A DNA stretch of 64,000 nt from a virus (IMGVR_UViG_3300035686_000003:1-64000); one strand, 5' to 3'. Shown: positions 18,647-28,587, counted from the first letter of the stretch. Notes: a model not told the origin generated them from the sequence alone. Made by a program: numbers and translations.

Positions 18647-19012
18647 TTACGCCCAACTCATACCTAATGCTTTGAGGCTGTCAAAGGTTAAAGGCTCTAG
18701 CGATATTACTTGATTGTAGAAAGCTAGAGCTTCATCGTATTGATTAGCCTCAAAGTCTCGCTCCATGCCCAAATCGTCGTTCCCCCACACAGCAACTCGT
18801 ACAAATTGCCACTCTGGATAACGGCAGATTCGGTTGTCCAATAACTTTACTTCAACATACTCTTGCCCCTGCCAATCTTCATCAGCCTCAGATTCATCTA
18901 GCGCGTTACGTGAATCATAATCTAAGCTGCCTCCATCTTTGAGATAGTTGCCGCACCACCAATCAGTTGTTTTTACAAATTGGCTTAAGTTTTGTGGAAC
19001 TGCTTTAGCCAT
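18647..19012 (-). CDS. Hypothetical protein
   Basis: AGGAGG RBS. Confidence 0.6.
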   Translation of the reverse strand: MAKAVPQNLSQFVKTTDWWCGNYLKDGGSLDYDSRNALDESEADEDWQGQEYVEVKLLDNRICRYPEWQFVRVAVWGNDDLGMERDFEANQYDEALAFYNQVISLEPLTFDSLKALGMSWA

Positions 19013-19060
19013 TGTCCATCATCCTCCTAGTTAAGTTGATATCCTTGTGGAGATTTCCTC

Positions 19061-19102
19061 GCAAAACTCTAGCTGGCATTAGTTAACTAGAGTTTTGCTT
19101 TG
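19061..19102. terminator. 12-bp stem hairpin
   Basis: GCAAAACTCTAG / CTAGAGTTTTGC. Confidence 0.6.
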
Positions 19103-19110
19103 GTTTGCGA

Positions 19111-19428
19111 CTACCAAGAGATGTTGACTAAGTAGATGCCTGGTTCAAGAAATCCATCGCTACACATTTTACGCATGACATTAGCAAGTGACCAGATTTC
19201 ACAACTTCCCTCTCGAACAGCATCTTCAGCTTCTTCAATGTCCCACTTATCCTGTAGGGGAGCGACAATAATTCGCTTGTAGCTATCGTTACTTGCTTCG
19301 GTGATCTCGAAGTTGTTAGTCAGACCATAACATTGCTGAATGTAACAAGCAAGATCGAAATCGCTCACCTCAATAACTTGTGTAACTTTTGTTGGCAAAG
19401 GAAGCTTTTGTGTACTCATTGGTTGCAA
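19111..19428 (-). CDS. Hypothetical protein
   Basis: C-terminal LEPGIYLVNISW; RBS AGGAG. Confidence 0.6.
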   Translation of the reverse strand: MQPMSTQKLPLPTKVTQVIEVSDFDLACYIQQCYGLTNNFEITEASNDSYKRIIVAPLQDKWDIEEAEDAVREGSCEIWSLANVMRKMCSDGFLEPGIYLVNISW

Positions 19429-19480
19429 GATCTCCTGCTTTTGTGAAGGTGTAGTTAACTAGGCTTAGCAAAGGGCAAAA

Positions 19481-19918
19481 TTATTGCTCGTCATCAGAGA
19501 TGTAGCTTTCGCCTAATTTTATCCAAGCGTACTGCCCATCGAATGACGCAAGCTCTGTCATTAACGAGTGCCCTTCTTTGCTGCTAAGAACGAAATCATA
19601 ATTTCCACTCCCGCACGTCCAAACACTGTAGCACCCTCTAGCTCTCTCTGAATAAAGCATTGATGCAACTATTTCCGCACTACACTCATCGAATTCCGTT
19701 TGCTTGAATGGTTCAGGGGAAGTACAGTATTCGATATTCCAGTTGTAGGTTGGTTCGTTGGTATCTTTTTCATCCTCATCTGTTGGGCAAGTCAACTCAG
19801 TTAAATCTTTGATGAAGGAGTGTAAATTAACTTCATCGAGATATACTTCGGGAATCACTTCGCAACAAGTTAAATAGTTGCTTCCACGAACAGTAATTTT
19901 GCCTTTAATCTCAGTCAT
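19481..19918 (-). CDS. Hypothetical protein
   Basis: AGGAGAG RBS before ATG 19918. Confidence 0.6.
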   Translation of the reverse strand: MTEIKGKITVRGSNYLTCCEVIPEVYLDEVNLHSFIKDLTELTCPTDEDEKDTNEPTYNWNIEYCTSPEPFKQTEFDECSAEIVASMLYSERARGCYSVWTCGSGNYDFVLSSKEGHSLMTELASFDGQYAWIKLGESYISDDEQ

Positions 19919-19971
19919 TGATTCTCTCCTACTTTTGTCAGCTTTAGTGGGGTAGGGTGACATTGGTGCGT

Positions 19972-20298
19972 TTAGGCAACAATCCAATCATCTTCATCTT
20001 GCCATATCACAGTTTCGCTTCCATCGTACTCATTGATTCTGAAAGCTGTACCTATTGGCACCCACTCGATGTCAAGCTCGTCAGCGCCTCCTAGATAAGG
20101 GGACTGCTTTTCATCTATCCCCAGCAAGTCACAGACTAATGCTTTTGTGATTTCCCCACGACGATTTTGTTGAACTAATTCAACGATTTTAGGGTGAAAC
20201 AGTAGCTCCTTGTTGCTGTGCCAAGAGTACCACCCAGCACCAAATCCAGGCGAGTACAATACTGCCACTCTACCATCACGAATTACTTTGTTCATCAC
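19972..20298 (-). CDS. Conserved phage protein
   Basis: VAVLYSPGFGAGWYSW...FRINEYDGSE pattern, widespread in phages. Confidence 0.7.
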   Translation of the reverse strand: MMNKVIRDGRVAVLYSPGFGAGWYSWHSNKELLFHPKIVELVQQNRRGEITKALVCDLLGIDEKQSPYLGGADELDIEWVPIGTAFRINEYDGSETVIWQDEDDWIVA

Positions 20299-20622
20299 TC
20301 ATTCTCCTCTCGTTGTTGTAGCTATAGTTTCTATTGCTTCCTCTAGGCTGCTGTAGATACGCACCGGATAATCTTCGCATGAGAGCCAACGGTGTTTGAT
20401 GCACTCAACGGCTATGCGCTCGGTGTGAGGGTGGTTGTAAACGCTGTAGACTTCATCTGCCCAACGGAGAATATATAGACTTTCGTTAGACTTTGTATTC
20501 ACAACCAACACTCCTTGTCTGTCTGCCACCATCTCTTTCTCGGTAATTGGCTTTGCGTACACCTCTTGATCTGTCAGAAACATTATTGTGTGATCGCAAT
20601 CTCGAACTTTTGTGATTCTCAT
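20299..20622 (-). CDS. Hypothetical protein
   Basis: Coupled ORF. Confidence 0.55.
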   Translation of the reverse strand: MRITKVRDCDHTIMFLTDQEVYAKPITEKEMVADRQGVLVVNTKSNESLYILRWADEVYSVYNHPHTERIAVECIKHRWLSCEDYPVRIYSSLEEAIETIATTTRGE

Positions 20623-20819
20623 TGTACTTCCTCAGTTACGATTGTCCAACGTTTGTCAGGCAAGTCTGACCTCCACTGTTTCGGAACAATTAGCGTTGCG
20701 CCGCTATCTTCATCGACAAAGAAAAAGCCTTCGTCTTCCTCTTTCCAGTATTCCCAAATTCCATAGTCTTTGCCGGAACAACTTAGACGATATGAATAAG
20801 TCGCAATTGGTCGAACCAT
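20619..20819 (-). CDS. Hypothetical protein
   Basis: GAGG RBS before ATG 20819 plus motif. Confidence 0.55.
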   Translation of the reverse strand: MVRPIATYSYRLSCSGKDYGIWEYWKEEDEGFFFVDEDSGATLIVPKQWRSDLPDKRWTIVTEEVQ

Positions 20820-21331
20820 TGTACTTCCTCGGTTGAGTTTACGAAACGTTTGTTGCATTCGTGAACAGTAGATACACCTCTGTAGTATACTACAATCCCT
20901 TACGTCGCACGAGGTCATCAAGGGATTGGTACAAATCAATGATGTTACCCATCTCTTGTAAGGACTCCCACAAGAAGATCAACTGATCGTCTGTGAGACT
21001 GAGACTGAAGTCGTTAGCGGTTGGTTGCTCTGGCAACAAAGGTTTCTGTGGCATTACTAATCCTTCCTCTTCAATGACTTAAACAATTTTGTTCGTTCAA
21101 CTAATGTATCCCACAATACGTGGATAATCAAATACAACTCCAGCAACTTTTGTCTCACTTTTGTTTCCTCCGAGATTTCTTGTCTATTCCAGCATCTACC
21201 TCGATCATCTCGTAACCTACTGAAGCATTAACGACTTCAGCAACAATGATAACAGCAGTGAGCATGAGTAGTGACTCTAGTGTTTCTTTCATGGCTTCTG
21301 TGCGCTGGTGGAGGCGATCGCTCGCCACAAG

Positions 21332-21777
21332 AATAGCTTTTAGTCATTAGCTGTTAGCGTTTAGCTTTTTAATGAGGGTAGTCAACATTCGTTGTACTTC
21401 GGAGAGTTCTTTCTCTAGCTCAAGATACTGTTTTGCTGTGAGATATTCAAGATCACGACTAAGAATCAATTGATACTGTAGCTCGCAAGCTGAACCCATT
21501 GCCATCTGCATGAATCGAGCAAAGTCAGCATCAGAACCTCTGCCACACCCTTCTGCAATGTTAGTTGGTATGGATGACGCTGAACGTTTCATCTGACTCG
21601 TTAAACCGTAGATTTCTTCTTTCGGGAAGTCTTTGCTATTTCTGTAAACAGCCAACGTTAACACATGAGCTTTTTCCCAAACCTTCAACTGCCTAAAATC
21701 TTTCATTGCAACTCCTTCTCCTTGTTTTTGATTTTATTTGAAGCTAATAGCTAATCGCTTCCTGGCTAAAAGCTATT
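21332..21777. mobile_element. Putative mobile unit: four-helix-bundle gene between inverted heptamer-repeat arms
   Basis: Terminal IR AATAGCTTTTAG (21332) / CTAAAAGCTATT (21766); arms are (n)TTAGCT 7-mers. Confidence 0.55.
21347..21706 (-). CDS. Four helix bundle protein (23S rRNA IVS-protein/Avd-like family)
   Basis: FRQLKVWEKAH...FPKEEIYGLTSQMKRSASSIPTNIAEGCGR...MAMGSACELQYQL. Confidence 0.92.
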   Translation of the reverse strand: MKDFRQLKVWEKAHVLTLAVYRNSKDFPKEEIYGLTSQMKRSASSIPTNIAEGCGRGSDADFARFMQMAMGSACELQYQLILSRDLEYLTAKQYLELEKELSEVQRMLTTLIKKLNANS

Positions 21778-21845
21778 TATACAACCGTAGTCCTCTGCCG
21801 ACTACTGGACGCTTGAGCAATGCTTTTACGTGCGGTTGTGGGGTG

Positions 21846-22079
21846 TTAGTTTAAAACATTCCCATTTTTATCTAAGTATTTCCATTGTCCTCCAGGAGTG
21901 TATTGAAAATCTTCTGCGTTTAGCGTTGAACTCGTAAACATTACCCACACTGCATCTTGGTCATTCACAATTCTCTCCACTAGGAAACCACAAACGTAAA
22001 TTTTTCCCGTGAAGGCTAGAGCTTCTAAGCTTTTAACTATTCCGTAAGCCACATCTTTATTCATTGTCTTTACCTCCAA
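21846..22079 (-). CDS. Hypothetical protein
   Basis: GGAGG RBS before the internal ATG. Confidence 0.5.
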   Translation of the reverse strand: MEVKTMNKDVAYGIVKSLEALAFTGKIYVCGFLVERIVNDQDAVWVMFTSSTLNAEDFQYTPGGQWKYLDKNGNVLN

Positions 22080-22105
22080 AATCTTTTCTAACTTAACTCA
22101 CGCTC

Positions 22106-22357
22106 TCACTCAAGTATCGCTGTAGTATACTCTTGTCGTTGGATTAACTTCAGTAGCTTTAGTCGGCTAACTATACTTGTCTGTTCATCGGGTTCCCAGA
22201 TTCCTTTGATGCAGTAATACTTTGTCATTGAGTCCAGGATGTTGTCAATGTCATTAGTCCAAGTTGGATTCTGCGCGATCGCTACCAACACATCATCTTT
22301 GTAATAGCCTCTCGTGATGTCATTGATATCTTTGGTTACTAGTTCTAAGCCTTCCAT
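22106..22357 (-). CDS. Hypothetical protein
   Basis: ORF in the array. Confidence 0.5.
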   Translation of the reverse strand: MEGLELVTKDINDITRGYYKDDVLVAIAQNPTWTNDIDNILDSMTKYYCIKGIWEPDEQTSIVSRLKLLKLIQRQEYTTAILE

Positions 22358-22466
22358 GATTGTTGCCTCAAAGATTTGCTCTCAGTTTAACTTTATCGCA
22401 CCTGAAAAGTCCACGAAAAGTCGATATCGTAAATGCACCCTAATGCTTACCATTGCTAAGCTACAG

Positions 22467-22657
22467 CTAACTTTCGATAGCGTCAATGGCTAGTGTCACC
22501 TCAAGCGGATCTTCTTTTTCGTTACCATCTTCGACACTCAAGAATCCTTGGCGGATTGCGAGGTCATCGAAACATTCGTCGCTATCCAAGAGTACTAAAC
22601 CCTTACCTCTGCGACCTCAAATCTCTGCCGACCTTCGTGATAGTAAATCTTAGCCAC
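22467..22657 (-). pseudogene. Frameshifted small ORF
   Basis: GTG 35 nt after the motif gives VAKIYYHEGRQRFEV, stop; continuation GKGLVLLDSDECFDDLAIRQGFL... in another frame; 191 nt. Confidence 0.4.
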
Positions 22658-22671
22658 AACCCTTACGTCCT

Positions 22672-23022
22672 CTACGATAATTTTGTTTTTGGGTAGATAC
22701 ACCCGATGAAGTTAGAAGGAATAATCAAAGTATTCGTCTCTAACGCCCAACCAAACTGTTTGCCACCATTCTTTACTTTCCAGCGACCACTGCCATCTCT
22801 AGCCTTGAAGATTGAGTGAATTGCGCCTTTTGGATTTCTTGAGTATTCATAATTCTGGCATTCGTCCATGCCACGAGTATCTAATCGGTTAGCTTCGTCA
22901 TACTGAAACTTTGCACTTTTCCCAGATTTCGACACTTCAATGATGGTTCCCGCTTTTCTGTCCGAATACCACACTACCGTAATGCCCATGCCTACTACTG
23001 GCTTAATTTCGTCTTCAATCAT
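22672..23022 (-). CDS. Conserved phage protein
   Basis: P.VGMG.T...YSDR.AGTII.V pattern. Confidence 0.65.
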   Translation of the reverse strand: MIEDEIKPVVGMGITVVWYSDRKAGTIIEVSKSGKSAKFQYDEANRLDTRGMDECQNYEYSRNPKGAIHSIFKARDGSGRWKVKNGGKQFGWALETNTLIIPSNFIGCIYPKTKLS

Positions 23023-23086
23023 TATCCTACTCTCTCAGTTAACTAAAGTACAAACCAAAGCTACTGTAGCATACCATAGTATCAGC

Positions 23087-23485
23087 TCAACTGTTAGTCT
23101 CATTGTTTCTACCTGGATACCACAACAGACAATCTTGGATAACTTCTTCTGTCCTCAATGCCCAGTAGTCATACTTCACCAGGCTAAGTTTCTCCACAAG
23201 ATATTGACATCTCATTCGTAGCTCTTGCGCCTCAGCAGCCGTCGAGTGGTCACTGAAACAGAGCTGCGCAGCTATCACTTCAACGTAGACCTCTTGGGAG
23301 GTTAACGGTTGCCAGTCGAAGGGTTCTAATCGTTTGATGTGGTGCCGATGGCGACTCTTGCGCCAACCAGATGAATCTTGGAAGTAGACATAGGGTTCGA
23401 TGATCTCTATCAGCCGGATTCTACGCCAACCTTCGCCCCAACTATGGACTTCATGTAACCAATGAGTGAATAATTCTTCGTTCAT
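23087..23485 (-). CDS. Hypothetical protein
   Basis: GAGGAGG RBS; coupled. Confidence 0.6.
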   Translation of the reverse strand: MNEELFTHWLHEVHSWGEGWRRIRLIEIIEPYVYFQDSSGWRKSRHRHHIKRLEPFDWQPLTSQEVYVEVIAAQLCFSDHSTAAEAQELRMRCQYLVEKLSLVKYDYWALRTEEVIQDCLLWYPGRNNETNS

Positions 23486-23778
23486 GCAACCTCCTCAAAA
23501 ACTCGATGTAACCATTCAATCTGGTCTGCTTCTTCACTAAGGATCGTAGATATCTTACTGTATCCCCCAGCCTTGCTTAACTTCATTTGCGTTTCCGCTA
23601 GGCTCACTAGGCTGATCAATCTTTTCTTATTGTAGCCTACTACAGTTGCTTCAGAGGCAATAGTTGAGCGTAGGCAGGCGATCGCAGCTTCCAGATCATT
23701 GAACTTCTCCGGGTTTGGGAGATCGTCTACTTGGAGTATGTGCGTGTCGATAAGTGATATAGCTTTTGTCGGTGTCAT
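23482..23778 (-). CDS. Hypothetical protein
   Basis: Motif 25 nt upstream. Confidence 0.55.
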   Translation of the reverse strand: MTPTKAISLIDTHILQVDDLPNPEKFNDLEAAIACLRSTIASEATVVGYNKKRLISLVSLAETQMKLSKAGGYSKISTILSEEADQIEWLHRVFEEVA

Positions 23779-23829
23779 GGGTGTATGTGATGTAGGGACT
23801 GTGGTAGATACACCCGTCGCTACTGTAGC

Positions 23830-24039
23830 TTACACTGACAATTGAATCCAGTAGGCACGATTGCCAACGTTATACCCGTCACCTAGGCTAAAAGCTCCCA
23901 TTGCTGGTTCACCATCGGTAGTCCAAAAGGATACAAGGAAGTAATAATCTTCTAAACTTATTTCCTCTACTACTGCTTCTCTGGGTTCTACTCCATGAGT
24001 ACAAAGCCAAACTTCTTGATCGAGTTTTACTGGTAGCAT
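23830..24039 (-). CDS. Hypothetical protein
   Basis: AGGAGA RBS. Confidence 0.55.
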   Translation of the reverse strand: MLPVKLDQEVWLCTHGVEPREAVVEEISLEDYYFLVSFWTTDGEPAMGAFSLGDGYNVGNRAYWIQLSV

Positions 24040-24099
24040 TGTTCAATCTCCTATTGTTTACTTATGTCACTAGAGTATACTACTGCTACTTGAGTGAGG

Positions 24100-24603
24100 T
24101 CAAGAGTCAGTGTGTTGGTTAAGTGAAAGCCATTCTAGAATTTGCTGCTTGCGTTTTTCATAGGCACCTTGAGGAGTTTTCTTTACAACCCAGAGAGTGT
24201 AACCAATGGATTTTAGTTCTTGGTGTAGTTCCTTGTACTCTTCTGGTAATGCTGGCTTGGAAGCGTTGATGACCATTGAAAGATTTGCTTCACCATGCTG
24301 TCCTACATGAACATAACTTTCACAATGAGCAGGATTCATGTCAGATGCTACCTCTGGAAACAAAGCGATAATGTCACTCTCGAATTTACGAAACATAACT
24401 TTTGTGACTTCATTGTCTGCCATGATCTTTCTCTCCTGGTTATCATCACTGCTCAAGTAATCACCGTTAGCTAATGCCTCCTCTAGCTCCTCTAGTTCAG
24501 CGATCGCCTTGGAAGTGTCGTAGTCGCTATCGTTACTGTGGTGAGCAATGTATATCGTGAGTTCACGGATCTGTTGTTGAATTTGGTTGTAGGTTAGTTG
24601 CAT
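24100..24603 (-). CDS. Conserved phage protein (possible in-frame fusion of two cassettes; internal RBS/ATG near 24424)
   Basis: VMFRKF..DIIALFPE...SYVHVGQHG.A pattern in the C-terminal half. Confidence 0.6.
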   Translation of the reverse strand: MQLTYNQIQQQIRELTIYIAHHSNDSDYDTSKAIAELEELEEALANGDYLSSDDNQERKIMADNEVTKVMFRKFESDIIALFPEVASDMNPAHCESYVHVGQHGEANLSMVINASKPALPEEYKELHQELKSIGYTLWVVKKTPQGAYEKRKQQILEWLSLNQHTDS

Positions 24604-24640
24604 GGGTAATTCTTGTGTATCTGATATTGTCTGTGACGTT

Positions 24641-24726
24641 AAGCTTTTAGCCCTTAGCTGTTAGCCATTAGCTTTTTCTTGATTTGAGCTAACAGCTAAC
24701 AGCTAATAGCCAATAGCTAAGAGCTT
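24641..24726. repeat. Palindromic heptamer-repeat element (TTAGCTN / NAGCTAA arms), no gene
   Basis: aagcttttagcccttagctgttagccattagctt...tgagctaacagctaacagctaatagccaatagctaagagctt. Confidence 0.85.
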
Positions 24727-24731
24727 TCTTG

Positions 24732-25025
24732 TCAACTTTCGTTAGCTTTTGTTAGATAGTGGCGAGCGATCGCAACCCAATCTTCATCGGAGATATTGTT
24801 GATGGCTGCTGTGAGAATTGAGGCAAACATTGATTCAATCGAGTTAGCTCTCTTGGTCTTCGGACTATCAGAAAATTTTACCTCTAGCGCCTCTGCATAA
24901 TCGTTGAACCAGGATTCCATCGTATCAGCTAAATCATACTCGTTCACGGCATCCTTTGCTAGGGTAATGAACTCTCGTAGCAACACTTGGTCATTGTCTA
25001 CGATCAGTGTAATTGTCGCGAACAT
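24732..25025 (-). CDS. Conserved phage protein
   Basis: T.LIVDND...DW.AIA.HY pattern; motif upstream. Confidence 0.6.
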   Translation of the reverse strand: MFATITLIVDNDQVLLREFITLAKDAVNEYDLADTMESWFNDYAEALEVKFSDSPKTKRANSIESMFASILTAAINNISDEDWVAIARHYLTKANES

Positions 25026-25076
25026 GGGGAACCTCTGTGTACTATTGTTTGCGGTAGATACACCCTGACACTCTAC

Positions 25077-25391
25077 TTACTCACCGAAAAGATATGTTGA
25101 GATAGTGCGAGAATCCTCATCTTCATCGTCGTACTCATCATCATCTTCCTCATTCTCTGCCAGATACCCGAATCCTGTCTCCCCTTCATTCATTGTCGTA
25201 CGGACGACTTTACTCAGTGTCTCTAGATGATTGTTGCTCAACAAATCTTTCAGACACCCATACAAGACTATTGCCTGTGAACCATTAAGTTCTTTGATTT
25301 TTGCCTTACAGTCGCTCCAGTTGCCATTGATGGCACTTGTAGCAATGAATTCTGCGAGTGCAGATAAATCAGCCATTCCTTGATAAGCCAT
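25077..25391 (-). CDS. Hypothetical protein (paralogue of 25445)
   Basis: INGNWSD..A....LN..QAI shared; acidic tail. Confidence 0.6.
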   Translation of the reverse strand: MAYQGMADLSALAEFIATSAINGNWSDCKAKIKELNGSQAIVLYGCLKDLLSNNHLETLSKVVRTTMNEGETGFGYLAENEEDDDEYDDEDEDSRTISTYLFGE

Positions 25392-25444
25392 GAGAAACTC
25401 CTGTGTTGTTTCAATGTTTGTTTGTGGAGTTGAGTTACTAGTTG

Positions 25445-25711
25445 TTAGTTGTTAGTCGTCAGTTGTTCACCTAAAGCTTTGACGGCTAGAAAGTATGAAG
25501 CATCATTCATCTTTTTAGCGCCCAATAGTGTAACCAATGTAGCATTAGTTTCGCTTAAGCCTTCCTCCTTCATTACGTTGAATACATAGATTGCTTGTAG
25601 CGGATTAAGGCAAGCTAAAGTTGCGATCGCGTCACTCCAGTTACTATTGTCGATTGTCTCGTTGATGTCAAGTGCCAGTTGCTTGAGTTGCGAAGGTGTT
25701 AGTTCTTGCAT
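25445..25711 (-). CDS. Hypothetical protein (paralogue of 25077)
   Basis: IDNSNWSDAIATLACLNPLQAI. Confidence 0.6.
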   Translation of the reverse strand: MQELTPSQLKQLALDINETIDNSNWSDAIATLACLNPLQAIYVFNVMKEEGLSETNATLVTLLGAKKMNDASYFLAVKALGEQLTTNN

Positions 25712-26043
25712 TAACTTATCTCCCATTGTCCAGTTGTTTCATTGTACACTCCTGTTACTTCTGAGTAATCCAGAGTTAAAAACTTCGGAAATTGATTGCA
25801 ACCTTTCAACTTTTCTTCAACTATGGTGGCTGCATCATCTTCATTGTCGGCATCAACATCCCAAACTATATCTATCCAGATATATTCGTCATTGACTTCT
25901 TGAGTTCCAATTGGATATCCACCAAAATCGTAGTGGCGAACACTTAGATCCGCAATACCGAACTCCCAAAGTTTAACAAGTTGCTTTGGTGGGTTCCAGA
26001 AACTGATTGTTGCATCAACCGAATATCGCTTAATCATTGTCAT
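25711..26043 (-). CDS. Hypothetical protein
   Basis: GAGG RBS. Confidence 0.55.
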   Translation of the reverse strand: MTMIKRYSVDATISFWNPPKQLVKLWEFGIADLSVRHYDFGGYPIGTQEVNDEYIWIDIVWDVDADNEDDAATIVEEKLKGCNQFPKFLTLDYSEVTGVYNETTGQWEIS

Positions 26044-26047
26044 TACC

Positions 26048-26323
26048 TCAACCTCCTATTATCAACCTCCTTACCGTTCTAACTTCATCGGGGTAACTTT
26101 GTCTAGGGACATAACTACAGCCAACTTCAGTGAACATAACACGGTTATAAATGTCATAGTTGCTTAAGCCTGCACGATAGGTGATGACTGAGCGGAGGCG
26201 AGATTTTGTTCTTTGCTGACAATGTTTGCCGAATACGTCGATGAAGGATTCTACTTGGATTTCTGTGAGTTCGATATTGTAGGAAATAACATCTGACAGC
26301 GAGAATCTTTGTGAGTTGTACAT
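26048..26323 (-). CDS. Hypothetical protein
   Basis: RBS plus motif. Confidence 0.6.
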   Translation of the reverse strand: MYNSQRFSLSDVISYNIELTEIQVESFIDVFGKHCQQRTKSRLRSVITYRAGLSNYDIYNRVMFTEVGCSYVPRQSYPDEVRTVRRLIIGG

Positions 26324-26384
26324 TGATTTACTTCCTCAGTTAACTTGTATTGTTATTGCAGTGGATACACCCCGAAGCATCAAC

Positions 26385-26795
26385 CTACAATCCTTCTACA
26401 TCCCAAAGTAAGTGGTTGTAGAGGTCTTCACCTAACCAAGACAATAGCTTTTGCTGTTGTTTAACGCAAGCTTGAAATATCTTCTTAGCTGCTTTCAAAT
26501 CACTGTAACCAAACTCATTAACCCAATCCTCAAACTCAGGATTATTCTCAACATCTGAGCTATCTAAAGCTAAACAGTTGAGAACATTAGCAGCATCCGG
26601 TTCGCTAGAGATACCGTAGCCTTGCGAGAAGTACGTTGAGATCTGTTTGCCTCCCCTGATCTTAAGTGTCAGGAAATAATGATTCGCATCCCGCCATCCA
26701 GGGTTACTCTTGTTTTCGCTGACGCGATCGCACCTCACGATACGAATGTTATTTTCTGCGATGAACTGATGAATTGTTTTCGTTTGTGTTGTCAT
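26385..26795 (-). CDS. Conserved phage protein
   Basis: YFSQG...P.A..VL.CL..D...FEDW..EFGY pattern. Confidence 0.65.
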   Translation of the reverse strand: MTTQTKTIHQFIAENNIRIVRCDRVSENKSNPGWRDANHYFLTLKIRGGKQISTYFSQGYGISSEPDAANVLNCLALDSSDVENNPEFEDWVNEFGYSDLKAAKKIFQACVKQQQKLLSWLGEDLYNHLLWDVEGL

Positions 26796-26859
26796 TGTTT
26801 TAGTCTCCTGTCGTTTGCGATTGTAATACTTTTGTTAGTAGATGATACCCTAGGTGATT

Positions 26860-27063
26860 TTAAACATTTCTGATTTCAACGTCTAATGCCTCTTGATCAA
26901 CATCTAAATGAGCAAAGAATGTGATCGCTTTTCCTTCTACTGTTACCTCTACTGATTCTAGAAAATCCTTCAATCGATAGTGCTTTTCTACTCTTACATC
27001 ATCAATTGTCTTGCCTTTCAGTGAACGCAAAAACTCAATCAATAATTTTCTTTCGTTATTCAT
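26860..27063 (-). CDS. Hypothetical protein
   Basis: AGGAGA RBS. Confidence 0.55.
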   Translation of the reverse strand: MNNERKLLIEFLRSLKGKTIDDVRVEKHYRLKDFLESVEVTVEGKAITFFAHLDVDQEALDVEIRNV

Positions 27064-27156
27064 TGTCTTATCTCCTGTAGTTTACTACTCTTTATCGTCA
27101 ATGTCAAAATCTTCTAGCCGTCCCCGATACTTTACGTCCATCCAAACATCTCGCGA

Positions 27157-27372
27157 TCACACATCACTCCACCCGTAACTAACTCCATTCACCGTAGCTC
27201 TAAAATCATCGTAGTTAACGTGTAAAGCATAGCCTAGGTCACTAATGTACCTACTGATGTCAGCTCTTGTTTGTAGCTGTGAGGCTATATCGTCGGGGAT
27301 GTGGAGTGTAATTGTCGTGCTTTCGACTTGTCGATGGTCGATGAACAGTAGATCGATTATGTTGATGGTCAT
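27157..27372 (-). CDS. Hypothetical protein
   Basis: ORF in the array. Confidence 0.5.
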   Translation of the reverse strand: MTINIIDLLFIDHRQVESTTITLHIPDDIASQLQTRADISRYISDLGYALHVNYDDFRATVNGVSYGWSDV

Positions 27373-27375
27373 GGA

Positions 27376-27642
27376 TTAAACCTTTAACATTTTGAACTCA
27401 AGTTCTGTTGTCAATGAGTCTAGTTCAGCTAAATCTTTTAGAAACAACGGGTTACTGAGGTTTTCTGGGTTGGCAAGGAGTTCTACCTTGTATTGCTTTA
27501 AGTCGGTTAACGCCTCTCTTGTTAGTTCTAGCGGTATTGCACTTCCAGCACATATTGCTTGTCCTGCGATCCATGTTGCACTCGTCTTGCCAGAATGCCA
27601 CTCACACAATTTCTCACCAATCTCAAAGTCAAAGCTAATCAT
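27376..27642 (-). CDS. Hypothetical protein (paralogue of the next ORF)
   Basis: F..E.G.KL..WH.G..S....G.AI..G.AI shared. Confidence 0.65.
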   Translation of the reverse strand: MISFDFEIGEKLCEWHSGKTSATWIAGQAICAGSAIPLELTREALTDLKQYKVELLANPENLSNPLFLKDLAELDSLTTELEFKMLKV

Positions 27643-28085
27643 TACCGTAACTCTCTCATTGGATTGCTGACTACCGACTTACTGCCACAGTTAGTACACC
27701 AAGGAGTTGCTTCTCCCGATGCGTTGGGTGTGCTGATGGATTGTTTTACCTCACCCGTCCACTGATGCCCACACCTTAAGCACTCATGGTCACGGCACCA
27801 AGACTTTGAGGCTATGAGTTCAGAGACAAGCTTGAACCGAATGTGGATTATCAGTTCATTCAATGCAGCCAAGTGACTCAAGAACTCAGTGTGGCTGTAC
27901 TCCTCTCGGTTAGCCATCAACTTACCTTTACACAACTCAAGATACTCTAGTGTCGCTTCAGCAACTTCTGGCGCGATCGCCTCCCCTGACACTATAGCTG
28001 TACCGACCTCTAACGCAATGCTACGACTTCCTGTGTGCCACGAGAGTAACTTTCTGCCAACCTCAGAATTAAATTGTATTTTCAT
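27642..28085 (-). CDS. Hypothetical protein with C-terminal zinc ribbon
   Basis: Paralogous N-domain plus HECLRCGHQW...WCTNCGS. Confidence 0.65.
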   Translation of the reverse strand: MKIQFNSEVGRKLLSWHTGSRSIALEVGTAIVSGEAIAPEVAEATLEYLELCKGKLMANREEYSHTEFLSHLAALNELIIHIRFKLVSELIASKSWCRDHECLRCGHQWTGEVKQSISTPNASGEATPWCTNCGSKSVVSNPMRELR

Positions 28086-28449
28086 TGCTTGCATCCTAGT
28101 TGTGTGTAATCTATTTCCGCCTACTTTTGCCACCCTACAGCCACTTTAGCTTGCTTCAGGTAGCTTTTGTCATCTCTTGGGTTTTCGTGGATTTTAGCGC
28201 CACTTTTTGCGTGTGTAGCGGCACGGCTCGGAACTCTTTGTCCGGAGTTGTAGCGGTATTTCTTGTGAGGGTTTTAGATCCTGAATTTCATTGAGTACGA
28301 GAATGTTTGTTCTTGGAGGCTCTTTGAGTCTTAGCGTGAGCAACAAGATCTTGGTTGCACGACATCCTTTTGTGACCTCAAAGCCAGCTACCTAACCCGC
28401 TTGCGAGATAGTTAGTCTTTTCTTAGTCTCTTTATATATAAGAGGAGTG

Positions 28450-28524
28450 GATCAATTTGATCCGGTCACTAGATCAATTTGATCTTGTCATAACAAGTGG
28501 AGACTAGTCCAATTTGATCCGGTC
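28450..28524. repeat. Three copies of CAATTTGATC (two as quasi-palindromic GATCAATTTGATC, 22-bp spacing) in a non-coding gap
   Basis: Copies at 28450, 28472 and about 28508. Confidence 0.75.
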
Positions 28525-28587
28525 TTCACAAAAACTATCGTGGTGTTGGAAGAGTTTCGCCCCAGCCACATCACAAAATACCTTATT

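Noticed and set aside
21347-21706. Diversity-generating retroelement (Avd-like gene)
   Set aside because: No reverse transcriptase and no TR/VR pair with adenine-specific mismatches noticed in the window
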